A stretch of 62,753 nucleotides of DNA, the filler included, from Rhabdomonas costata (Eukaryota), in the NCBI GenBank assembly GCA_019059605.1. It is 43 parts of 43 records of this genome, joined end to end, with 100 filler letters (N's around TTAATTAATTAA, not from the genome) between each part and the next. Parts side by side here need not be neighbours in the genome. Positions count along the whole stretch, not along the records: positions 24,863 to 26,224 come from JAHMHO010018205.1; positions 26,325 to 27,686 come from JAHMHO010018206.1; positions 27,787 to 29,148 come from JAHMHO010018207.1; positions 29,249 to 30,610 come from JAHMHO010018208.1; positions 30,711 to 32,072 come from JAHMHO010018209.1; positions 32,173 to 33,533 come from JAHMHO010018210.1; positions 33,634 to 34,995 come from JAHMHO010018211.1; positions 35,096 to 36,457 come from JAHMHO010018212.1; 35 more parts are not named here. One strand, given 5' to 3'. Under the pieces are notes generated by a model. That model did not search any database. It worked only from the letters and a program-made list of their open reading frames with translations, and was not told where the DNA came from. A program made the position numbers and the translations under genes. Shown one piece after another: positions 26,035 to 36,170 of this stretch; the stretch's first letter is position 1, and each line of letters opens with the position of its first letter.

Positions 26035-26407
26035 CTGCGCCGATCCACAAGTCCCCCTCACCTCCTTTACACATAAAGACTGGCGGTAACTGCTTGGAAT
26101 GACGGCACGCAACAAGAGAAGCGGGGACAGCTCATGCCCAAGCGTACACCACCACGAAATCAAATCAGTGAGAACAACGACAAGGAGGCCCGCGGCCTCA
26201 TCGAGTGTGCGCCCCAACCCCCACNNNNNNNNNNNNNNNNNNNNNNNNNNNNNNNNNNNNNNNNNNNNTTAATTAATTAANNNNNNNNNNNNNNNNNNNN
26301 NNNNNNNNNNNNNNNNNNNNNNNNGGGTTGGGGTGGAGTTAGTTGTGTCCTCTTGCGGGTGTGTGTTTGTCGTGTGCATGTGTGCATGCGCTGAGTACTC
26401 CAAACGT

Positions 26408-26457
26408 GGGGGAGAGTAACCTGAGGAGGAAACGCGGGGGAGAGTAACCTGAGGAGG
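26408..26457 (+). repeat. 22-bp direct duplication
   Basis: gggggagagtaacctgaggagg occurs twice, 28 nt apart. Confidence 0.85.
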
Positions 26458-27918
26458 TGAGGCCTGAAGTAACTGCCCAGGTGGGCCTCAAAGGCTTTGG
26501 GTATGAGGGGTAAGGGACCGAAATAGAAACTCTTGAGTGTGAAAACTGAATGTCCGGTGTGTGTCTGTTGGTCTGAGCGGAGATTGCGGAAGTTTTGCAA
26601 AGTTTGGGATTTTCAAGCAGAAAGCTAGAACTTTCAACGACAGGTTCCTGTGACCGGATGGTTTGGACAAGGGATATGGGGATCGTTTCGTTAAAAGACC
26701 CTCCAGCCGGCGGGTAGTGGCTGGCTGTGGTCATTTGCGGCGCGGCAGGAACAACCATCACACTCTTCGTTCCCCTCAATCTTCGTTTCTTGTCTTCTCG
26801 CTGCCCGTGCCCGTTTTGAGAATCAGCCTGAGGTTCAGCTCTTTTCTATCACTCACTAAATTGTATTGCTGTTTATTGCGTTCCCTTGCGTCACCCCATC
26901 TCCAAACCAACGCTCTCCCGTCATCGGGATCGCTTTGATTTGCTATCTTCTTGTCGTCCGTAGGGTGCCTGTACCCGCTGCTATTTGTGCTCCCGAACAG
27001 GGAACTATGTTGTGGCTCGGTTTAACGAGCTTATTTTTAGCTAATGTATATGTGCTCCTTGCCTTCATGTTCCTGTTGCACAGGAAAACACACGCACTTT
27101 CACTCACATACGCACACACTCACAGGGTTCAGCCCCAAGACAATGACGGCCGCAGCGAACATGGGAATCCTGCAGTCCGGTCCTGCCCGTCCAGCCCTGG
27201 CACAGCCGGGGAGGAGCCTATTTGTCCTGAACCGCACCAGGTGTTTCCGAGAATGTCGCGTGGTAGCAAAGCGATTGCCTTTACTTTTGATTGGACTTCA
27301 GTCTTTGAGTTGAACACGAATTGGTGCATTTGGCGAAAGCTTATTAAAAGGTAGCTGCCACGTATTAACTCCATTGCGTGGTATTGTGATCGTGGAAGAC
27401 GCTAAGGTTTCATTGCGTGAAATGCCCCTGGAAGCAAACGGGCTGACGTTTCGCGCTTTGGTGTTTTGGTGAATCTTAATGAGCTTTTACTTTGGGTTGA
27501 GTATAGACTCCCATTGGCTCAATGGGTGGACTGCTTTCAGTGCTGTCCATTTTCGCTTTATAAAATCTCTGCTCAGATTGCCCTCCTGTCTTATTCACCA
27601 ACCTACCATCCGGTTGCGGTGGACCCGTTGCAGTGCATCCTTACTCCCTCATTCACTTCCTGAAAAATTGCCCCCCCACCCCACCCNNNNNNNNNNNNNN
27701 NNNNNNNNNNNNNNNNNNNNNNNNNNNNNNTTAATTAATTAANNNNNNNNNNNNNNNNNNNNNNNNNNNNNNNNNNNNNNNNNNNNGTTGGGGGGCAACA
27801 CACGACCGGACATGTGAGTCGAAGAAATGCCTGGGGTCAGGTGGCGATGCTCATGTGTGTGTGGGGGGGGGGTCCAGGGGCCCCGGGCAACAGAATTGGA
27901 GTCACCTGTTGGCGAATA

Positions 27919-28062
27919 TGGTTCGGAGTTGGTTTTCAGTGGTTTTGGCTGAATTGCGCCGGTTTTGTATGGGTTTTTTTTCGAATTTCAACTGGTTTAA
28001 GTGGTTTTGCGGTGGTTTTGACCAGTTTCTGGGTGGTTTTGACTGGTTTTAGACCGGAATTC
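27919..28062 (+). repeat. Degenerate ~10-11-bp periodic GGTTTT tract
   Basis: More than ten ggttt(t)-like units at roughly 10-nt spacing. Confidence 0.65.
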
Positions 28063-28362
28063 CGAATTCAGATTCCGGGTTTCAAGTAGAGCCCCCCCAC
28101 CAGGCCACCTTCCCGCCAGTTTCCTCAAAACGCCTGTTTTTCCCTCAAAACGAAGGATGAAAAAAGATGAAAACAATAAAATGTTTTCGGTGCTTCTCTT
28201 CCGAGCCATTTCGCAACCCCGTGCACAGGCAAACAAGAGATAGATTCTGCAATACTCCAGCTGCGCTCCCCTCTGCCATTGAAACCACTCACCCCTGACC
28301 CGGAATGAGGGGAAAGGGGGCAAGTTTTGTAGTCAGAGACTTCGATCTCACGCCCACTTTAC

Positions 28363-28467
28363 CTTGATCGCAGTGCAATCCCGTCCATCCCAAATTGCAT
28401 TGGCACCTGCCACACAGGCAGTACCCACCCGGGTAATTGCAGTTGAAGCAACTCGGGCACGACGGCG
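28363..28467 (-). CDS. EGF-like domain exon
   Basis: AG/GTAA-bounded exon PSCPSCFNCNYPGGYCLCGRCQCNLGWTGLHCDQ, containing the CxCxxGWxGxxC pattern. Confidence 0.85.
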
Positions 28468-30082
28468 CTGCGAAGGAAACCAAAAAATAAATAAAGGATG
28501 GTGAAACATCAGCTGACCTCGCTCCCAATTTTTGTGGATATGTTGCAAGCAGCCAGCAGTGCGCGGAGACACATTGCCACACTGCTTGGGTCTTGAATAT
28601 GCGTCGCATTCCTTCAACTCGCCATTTTCCAGGAGACGCTCAGAAGCGTCACGGAAATGTTGCGACCCCATAAATCACGTAGGGTGACTGCCATTGTGGG
28701 AAACGGTAGTCCCGTCCAGCTTGGGCACCAACAGTGGTTGAAAGCCATCCGAGTCTCCACGATTATTTTTCAATTTTAAAAGTCTTGGGGGCCCTTTAGA
28801 TGTCAACAAGAAAGAAGAGAAACACGGCAGCCGACGTCGCCTGTAAGCGTGGGAAGCGTCCTGCAAAGGGCACACAGGAGAGGCAACAGGGAACATCATC
28901 CTATCATGTCGGGATGTCCGGAAGCAGTAGTTTTGAGCTCAGTTAAAAGGTGTTTTAAACCGCGGAGGGCCGTCCTTTGGCCTACATGGTAAACTCCTAC
29001 AGGGGCAAGCACAGAGGCAGGATGTATAAACACACACACTCTCTCTGTTGCTCTCATTCAGCAGTGCATCTTTGACCCCAGCAAACCCATTGGCGAATCG
29101 CACATGAAGAAGTGTGCTCAAAACGGGGTTGATATCCCCAACCCCACCNNNNNNNNNNNNNNNNNNNNNNNNNNNNNNNNNNNNNNNNNNNNTTAATTAA
29201 TTAANNNNNNNNNNNNNNNNNNNNNNNNNNNNNNNNNNNNNNNNNNNNGCGGTATGATATACGATGATCCCTTCTTACCGCTTAGTTTGGTTGGGGTGTC
29301 TATGCTGACCAGAGTGGCTCTGAACTGGATTGGGGGTGCCTTACCGATGGCTGTGCGTCCCTTGGGTCCGGAATAGATGTGGCTTTCTAGCATTGGCACG
29401 CTCCTTTGGCTGGGCATTGTGGGTGCTGTTGCTCCTGTAAAGTCATGGTATGGCATGTCTTCAATTGTCTAGATTTTGGGAGAGGGGCAAGGCCTGGGTT
29501 TTGAGTCGCTGATTCATTGCCCTCTCTCTCCCTTTGGCGCTTGCTCTCGTGGCGGCAGGTCATCGCGGTGCCGCACCGCCGGCGCGAGTCGCAGGCAGCC
29601 CAACCGCCTGGGGCTCTACAGCGCCTGCCAGCAGCAGGGTACATTCCAAATCTCAAAAATCCAAGCATTCCTTACCCACACGTGCGCGCAAGCACCCAAT
29701 CCCACCTCAGAATGTTCTGCGAGAGAGCCCCATGCGGGCACAGAACATAAGCTCAGCTGTTCAGGGCGTGACTCTCAGTATACGTGCACCTTCAAACGCA
29801 AACGGATATTCCCAGTTAAATTCATCAAGTTCAGTGCGTTCTCCATTAGCTGTTTTTTTCCTGTATTGCAGAATTATTTGAAAACGAAATAGTTTTTGCC
29901 CTTTTTTTTTTGCATAAATATCCGCCACATCCACCATTTACCAGCATTACCTCCGCAAAAGATTTAGCTGCGTTCATCTTACAACACGGAAACTCGAACA
30001 ATGAGCTTCTTCGATTCTCAATGCACTGGAGTTACCGGGGTGCATGGCTCACTCCTCGGGTTCCCTTCTCCCCCTCCAACAG

Positions 30083-30340
30083 GGTGGGTCCCCCTCGGAT
30101 CGAGACCTACAGGCCTCTGCCGCGGCCTCACGCTTCGAGCCCACGCTGTGCAGCTTTCTGGGCCAACTGGACTGCGCACAGGACCGCTGTGTGGCACAGC
30201 TCTCCTCCGCGGCGAGCGGTACGGGCCCAGTGGCATTCACAGGGGCGGAGGCCACCGCCCTCTTGGCCGCCCTTGAGGGGTTCCGCGAGCAAGTCACCAC
30301 TCTGCGTGGGGGCCCCGAGAAGCTCCACAGCCCGAACTCG
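30083..30340 (+). CDS. Hypothetical protein exon
   Basis: CAG/GTA-bounded GC-rich open frame (…RFEPTLCSFLGQLDCAQDRCVAQL…ALLAALEGFREQV). No family recognised. Confidence 0.45.
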
Positions 30341-30712
30341 GTATTCTCAGCGCTTGCAGCACCTTTCAACCTAGTTTAGCGAAAGCTCCGCCTTTTACTC
30401 GACTTACTAGGCCATCACCAGCAAAAGGCCACACAGTACAGGAAGTAGCCTCGGTGATGCACTTGGTTGATCCCCAGCACCCAGCTTCTCCTTCTCAGTA
30501 TCCCGCCAAGGCTTTTTTAACGTGTTGGCTTGGACAGGGCGAAATCGGCGCACCTCAACTCCTGTGAAGAGTTTTCGGTTTCCATGGTGCATGGAAATGG
30601 CAAAAAACCCNNNNNNNNNNNNNNNNNNNNNNNNNNNNNNNNNNNNNNNNNNNNTTAATTAATTAANNNNNNNNNNNNNNNNNNNNNNNNNNNNNNNNNN
30701 NNNNNNNNNNTG

Positions 30713-30803
30713 TTTTGTGGAAATGCGATATTTTGCTTTCCTTTCCACTCACAGTGCCTGACGAGCATAAAAAGGAAAAGCAAAATATCGCATTTCCACA
30801 AAA
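30713..30803. repeat. Contig-terminal inverted repeat (27 bp arms)
   Basis: 30713-30739 pairs perfectly with 30777-30803. Confidence 0.92.
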
Positions 30804-30923
30804 GAGCACCTCTAGAAACCCATCGACACATTGCAAAAACGCCTTCAATTCAATCGGGTGCACGCATGCGGGACTTTTTGGAGACTCAGATGGGCTTTCT
30901 GCGGTCGTCCACCTCTGCTCTAG

Positions 30924-31077
30924 GGCGCAGTTTCGGGAAAAGTTCCACGCCTGGTGGGAGTCCTATGAGAACCTGAAGGCCCAAGTGGCCGGGTTGGAGA
31001 GGCAGCGCCGCGTGGCCTTTGACCCGGTGGAGCAGAAGGCGCTGGACCTGAAGCTGGGGCCGCTTCAGGAGATGCTG
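30924..31077 (+). CDS. Hypothetical coiled-coil protein exon
   Basis: TAG/GT-bounded and strongly GC3-biased: AQFREKFHAWWESYENLKAQVAGLERQRRVAFDPVEQKALDLKLGPLQEML. Confidence 0.7.
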
Positions 31078-31336
31078 GTGCACCGTGGGCATGCTCGTCC
31101 TCGGTTCCAGTTCGACGCCTCACGCATCCGGCTCTCGGTGCGTCGGAGAGCGAGAGAGGCAGTGGGAGAGGGAGAGGAAGTGTGTGCGAAGTTGTTTGCG
31201 AAATACTAATAATCGTCCAGCTCAAGCAGTGGACGCTATCGTGTCCATGGGATTTTGATTGATTTTCAGGGTGCCAGAAATTATTCATGTAAACTTGGGC
31301 TGAAAGTCCAGAGAATGGCAACAGGGACCGTGGTAC

Positions 31337-31554
31337 CTGTGCTGCCGCAAGAAGGGTATATCTGGGAGTGGTGGTGGGTGCATATAGGACCTCGTGGGTG
31401 CCACGGTACTTGTGGCGGACACCCTCTCGATTGAGGTTCCCGAAGAAGACGTGTGCTCCCTTCCTGGCGAGTCCCCTGGCGAAGGTTTTGTACATGTCTG
31501 TCTTCTGCTGACTTTTCAACTCTTCATTGAGAAACAAATGACCGAACACGCGTC
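31337..31554 (-). CDS. Hypothetical protein exon
   Basis: AAG acceptor and CAG|GTAC donor around the open frame RVFGHLFLNEELK...KTFARGLARKGAHVFFGNLNREG...LLAAAQ. Confidence 0.5.
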
Positions 31555-32176
31555 CTTTGACGACAGTCGATAAAAGGTGCGCATTCCTTGAATGGCGGGT
31601 GTTTTGCGCATTTTTTGATACTCCGCATTTTCATCTTTTATGCCCCGAATTCGAACTCTCACTCTCTCAGAACCGGACACAAACACCGCGTTGCGCTCCA
31701 CGATGCTTTCCGGAGAGCTCTCGCCACCTTCACGCCCTGCGCCAGGTTTTCCATTTTTCAACTGAATTTCTACCTCTGCAATAAGCAAAAAAATCCCTTT
31801 ACTGGGGTCTCTCGTGATCAGCAGCACAGCCAAAGGAAAGCAGATGATGTTTCACGGGTCTGGTGTCTGCACACACACACACACAGCTGGAAACGTTTTG
31901 GCAGGTGTTTGGGGTCGAAACCAGCTGCCAGCAACTGTGTGACTCTAATAGCTTTGCTCCGCAACTCAAGAGGAATGCTTCGTGGAAGTGAACCGCAATA
32001 CTGAAGCACTGAATCGGGAGCAGTTCTTGCTGGCTTTTGTTTTCGAACAAACAACCCAACCACACCCAACACNNNNNNNNNNNNNNNNNNNNNNNNNNNN
32101 NNNNNNNNNNNNNNNNTTAATTAATTAANNNNNNNNNNNNNNNNNNNNNNNNNNNNNNNNNNNNNNNNNNNNGGGT

Positions 32177-32243
32177 TGGTGGACCGTTTCATCCTGGCGC
32201 ACCTAATTGGAAAAGCTGTGTCCCTGGATGAAACGGTCCACCA
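32177..32243. repeat. Contig-terminal inverted repeat (18 bp arms)
   Basis: 32177-32194 pairs with 32226-32243. Confidence 0.88.
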
Positions 32244-33633
32244 GTCCGAGCACATGCTGCCAACGCGCAGAAAAAAACAGGGAGCATCGTAGTATTTTTG
32301 GGGTCAGAATTGATAGCCCAGAGCTGACTTTTGTTTTTTTGTGTCTATGCGTGTGGGGTATGGGGGTTGTTACACTTCTCCCTTGGTATTGGTGTCGGAA
32401 AGTGTGAATGTGAGACCGGTTTGATGGGCTTTTGGCGTGATTCGTCCAGATGATGGAAAAGAGGGGCTTGAAGGAGCGGTCCCGTGTTTTTTTTTCGAGC
32501 CTCGGAGACGGAAGCTCTGATTCTCTTATGAGGCATGCAAAGCAGAAACAGAAGCAAGCAAACGTATCCGCCACTTTCATAATATACCGCCTTCATCCCA
32601 TGGCCGGAAGGTTTTGGGGACCCCACACCCACATGCAGGGTCGCTGTGTGTCATAATCCCCTTGCCCGGGCTGATTCTCAGGGCTAGATGGGGGCTACCG
32701 CGGGTACCCCCGCCATGTCCTATAGGTTCCAGAGACCAGACTATAGGCCGGCTGGACCAAGGCCCCTATGTGGGGCACTCCCCTCCAAGTGAGGCTGGGC
32801 TGTGGAAGCCAGGCTAGTTAGGGCCTCTTGAAAGAGTCCTTTATAAAATGCCGCTTTTTCGCCTGTGGTCATACTGTATGGGTATATAGCGCTAGATAAG
32901 CCCGACGAACCGAGGTGTTACTGAAGAGGGCGTGGGAGTTAGGGGTTTCTTCGAGGCTCGATTCCCTGGGGGCCGGTGCGGAAAACCCCAGCACATCCTT
33001 CGACGTGAGTCTGGCCAGGTGCATAGGTCGGCGATGAGCTGGGACGGGGCCGAGTGCGGGAAGGGAGACGGCCTGATGGAGGTTCTGTATTCTCGCTGTT
33101 TCAACCAAACCAAATTGCCCGTAATGTATTGGGACTTTAATCTAACCCCCCTTCCTGTGCCCACCACCAGTGGAGACATTTTTTCCGCTGACTGTCCCTG
33201 TCAGAAGCAATGGCTGGATTCCCTCCGATCCATCCCCGCCTCTTTCTCCGTATCCCTGCAGCCTCTCTCTTGTGCGTTTCACACTGCGGTGCTCTGGCAC
33301 CGCTGGTCGTTGGTTTCGCGTCCGCCTCACGTGCCTTGTTTTTTCTTCCTTCCTTCTTTTCTTTTCTTTACTTTCTTTCTTTGTCCCTTCGCATTCAAAA
33401 GAATCTCCCGTATTTATTCTCATTATTCTCACGTTTCTCCCCTCTATGCACTCCTCTACAGTGTACCCTGAGGACCGCTCCACGATGTATGAGTCTCGTC
33501 AGGTCCCCCACCACCACCAAACACACCCACCACNNNNNNNNNNNNNNNNNNNNNNNNNNNNNNNNNNNNNNNNNNNNTTAATTAATTAANNNNNNNNNNN
33601 NNNNNNNNNNNNNNNNNNNNNNNNNNNNNNNNN

Positions 33634-34046
33634 GTGTTTGTTGCAATGAAACCCTGACTATGAATTTAATACTGAAAACCAGATTCGTACAATATGTTCC
33701 CTCGGTGTGTGACCTGAGAGATCTGAGAGCTGTTACGGTACGCGAGGCCAACCTGTGTGACAACACTTTCGCACTGGAAGTCCATGCGACTCTCAAGAGC
33801 CAGCTTCACGTCCTCTGCGGCAACCGTCGAACGGCCTGCATGTCGGGCAAACTTCGCAGCATCGGTGAGAATGGCAGCGTACCATTCTAAAACAGTAAAC
33901 AAAGTTTAGGAGAAAGATCGCTTGAGCCCTTGAGCCCGAAGCCTCTAGGTCTTGTATATCATTGGCTTTTTCACTTGTTCATCACAGTATTTCGAATGAG
34001 GTTTTAAGTATTAAATTCATAGTCAGGGTTTCATTGCAACTAACAC
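33634..34046. repeat. Contig-terminal inverted repeat (~54 bp arms, 34 bp perfect) flanking a TAF9 exon
   Basis: 33640-33673 pairs perfectly with 34007-34040, with an imperfect inward extension to 33687/33993. Confidence 0.9.
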
Positions 34047-34396
34047 CGGGATGGCCCCGTCAAACTTGTGTGGTTGGGGGTCGTCCCTTGTTTTTTGAAT
34101 CTCATCTCTTTCCGTCCGTTCCACGACGCCTAAATTCTCTAAGCCCAGTTTCGTTTTACCTGTTCGAATAATTACCATTGATCCAGCTCAAGTCGCCCCG
34201 CTATCATCAGATTCTACGACACTGGGGAGTGGAAATGCATGCTCATATGCGACAACTAAAAGGGAAACATAATGGAAAGGCAATAACGACACACACGATG
34301 TGAAAGCTGAAGCAACGCCGAGACAGCTTCAGAGCTACCCACCTCACCACAGGAAGAAAGAAGGTCCTGCATCTCAGAGGCCTCCAGTTCTTCCAT
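33775..34396 (-). CDS. TAF9: TAF9-like histone-fold protein, first two coding exons
   Basis: Exon 34396-34297 MEELEASEMQDLLSSCGEVGSSEAVSALLQLSH joins in phase to exon 33886-33775 QWYAAILTDAAKFARHAGRSTVAAEDVKLALESRMDF. This fits the TAF9 LxDAxxYxxHAGxxxxxxxDVxLAxxxR motif. A pyrimidine tract and AG lie 30 nt before the ATG. Confidence 0.75.
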
Positions 34397-35095
34397 GGCG
34401 ATGAAACAAGAGTAAACCGAACAAGTCTGAGAAAGCACCGAAAATGACTCTTGTCTTAAATACCGATCCCCGAGGAAGATTCTCAACTAACTGAAGCAGG
34501 TCAAAAAGATTTGAGGAGCCTCGCTGGTCCTGCAGATGACTTTTTCATCAACACTTTGGCAGACGTTATCGGCGCCTTGGGGAAAACACCGCTGACCATT
34601 AAACTCTGTTCAACGCTCTCCGTCCGTCCCTCAAGAAACAAAAATGGCCTGCCAGCAGCACCATTAAAAGAAACACGAAATCTATCTTTGCACACCTCAG
34701 CACTTCCTCTGCGAGATATCAGTTCCATCCAATTTGTCGTTTCGTGCTCTTCTGAACGAAGTTATCATCCCAAGATTTGGGAATAGCAGCCCCAAACGGC
34801 CACAAGAAATCACTGTAAGTCTGAACTTGCGAAGCGAGGAAGGAAAGAGCACTGCCGCAGTATGGTGCAGCTGCCAATAAAGCGTCTCGGCTCTTGGCCC
34901 CACCATTTCAGCAAGAAATGCCTCTTCTTCGGCAACGCTCATGCCCAATGCACTGTAGCCCCGAGCTCACGAAATGCCAAGCATTCCTCGGCATCNNNNN
35001 NNNNNNNNNNNNNNNNNNNNNNNNNNNNNNNNNNNNNNNTTAATTAATTAANNNNNNNNNNNNNNNNNNNNNNNNNNNNNNNNNNNNNNNNNNNN

Positions 35096-36170
35096 TATAT
35101 GACGTTATTTTGACGTTATTTTGGGAAGAGGCGATGTATTTGAGTGAAGAAGATAGGGGGGTGTATATATGACTATGGTGGAGTTCGGTAGGGGGGTGTG
35201 GCTTTATTTTATGGAGGGTGATGAAATGTTGGAGAGTGGAACGGTGCGCACGGAAGGAGACGAAGCGATACATAGTGAGGCGATTGCAGCAAGCCGAACG
35301 TAGAGTAGCGAGGCGAGCGACGTGCTTGACCTGAAGCTGGAGGAGAGCGGTTTTGTTCTGTTGCTTTCGATTAAGTTTCAGCTTCAGATCAGTTTAGCAC
35401 CGTGTGGAAATGGATTCAACGGATGTCTTAAACCTTTTGTTTAAAACCCACTCTCTTGTCCTTCTGTCTACATATCACACTCCTGTAGCCAATTGGACGG
35501 TCTCCCACTCTCGCTCCCCCCACCACTCGATTCGTGCATACCTACTTGCACCGTTGACCCAAACCACGGAATTGTACCGTACTTTTCTGTCTTTTGTGAG
35601 TTGGCTTCATTACACCACCGGTGTCCTGTGGATATGACAGGGACACCAATCAAAAGCGAATACATTATCATAGAGCATCTAAAAACCAGGAAGCGAAAGC
35701 AACCGCACGAATTCGTTCTCCTCCACCCGCATCGCGTCGCTCGCCTCGCTACGCTACGTTCGGTTCTTCCCGTGCGCTCCGCTCCGCTCTTACCCCCCAC
35801 ATAGCTCTTCCTCCACACAAATAAAGTCATACCCCACTATCGCCTCACTCCAGATAGAGTCATATACCCCCCATCGCCTCCACCAAAATAAAGTCATATA
35901 ACACCTATTTCCTCCCACAAAATAAAGTCATATACACTCCATTGCCTTCCCCCAAATAAAGTCATATGCACCCTCCTCGCATCCTCAAAAATAAAATCAT
36001 ATACCCACCTATTGCCTTCCACAAAAACGTCAAATACCCCACAATTGCCTTTACACAAATAAAGTCATATAAACCCATCAATGCCTCCACTCAAATAACG
36101 TCATACCCCACTACCGCCTTCCACAAAATAAAGTCATATACCACCCTTTTGCCTTCCACAAATAAAGTCA
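35096..36170. mobile_element. Foldback-like element: diverged long inverted arms with tandem arrays around a unique core
   Basis: Left arm ~35096-35390 is a diverged reverse complement of right arm ~35675-36170; 35294-35322 and 35735-35763 match at 28/29 nt. The structure is seen directly; mobility is only a hypothesis. Confidence 0.4.
35821..36170 (+). repeat. Minisatellite, ~10.3 units of 33-36 bp
   Basis: Units start at 35821, 35854, 35888, 35922, 35956, 35991, ~36024, 36059, 36095, 36128 and 36162. Approximate consensus ATAAAGTCATATACCCnCnATTGCCTTCCACAAA. Confidence 0.95.

Noticed and set aside
31420..31495. SDR dehydrogenase motif in FARGLARKGAHVFFGNLNREG
   Set aside because: The preceding TGxxxGIG nucleotide-binding motif is absent.
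35821..36170. CRISPR array
   Set aside because: The whole unit is homologous between copies, so there are no unique spacers; the repeats are degenerate and no cas gene is visible.
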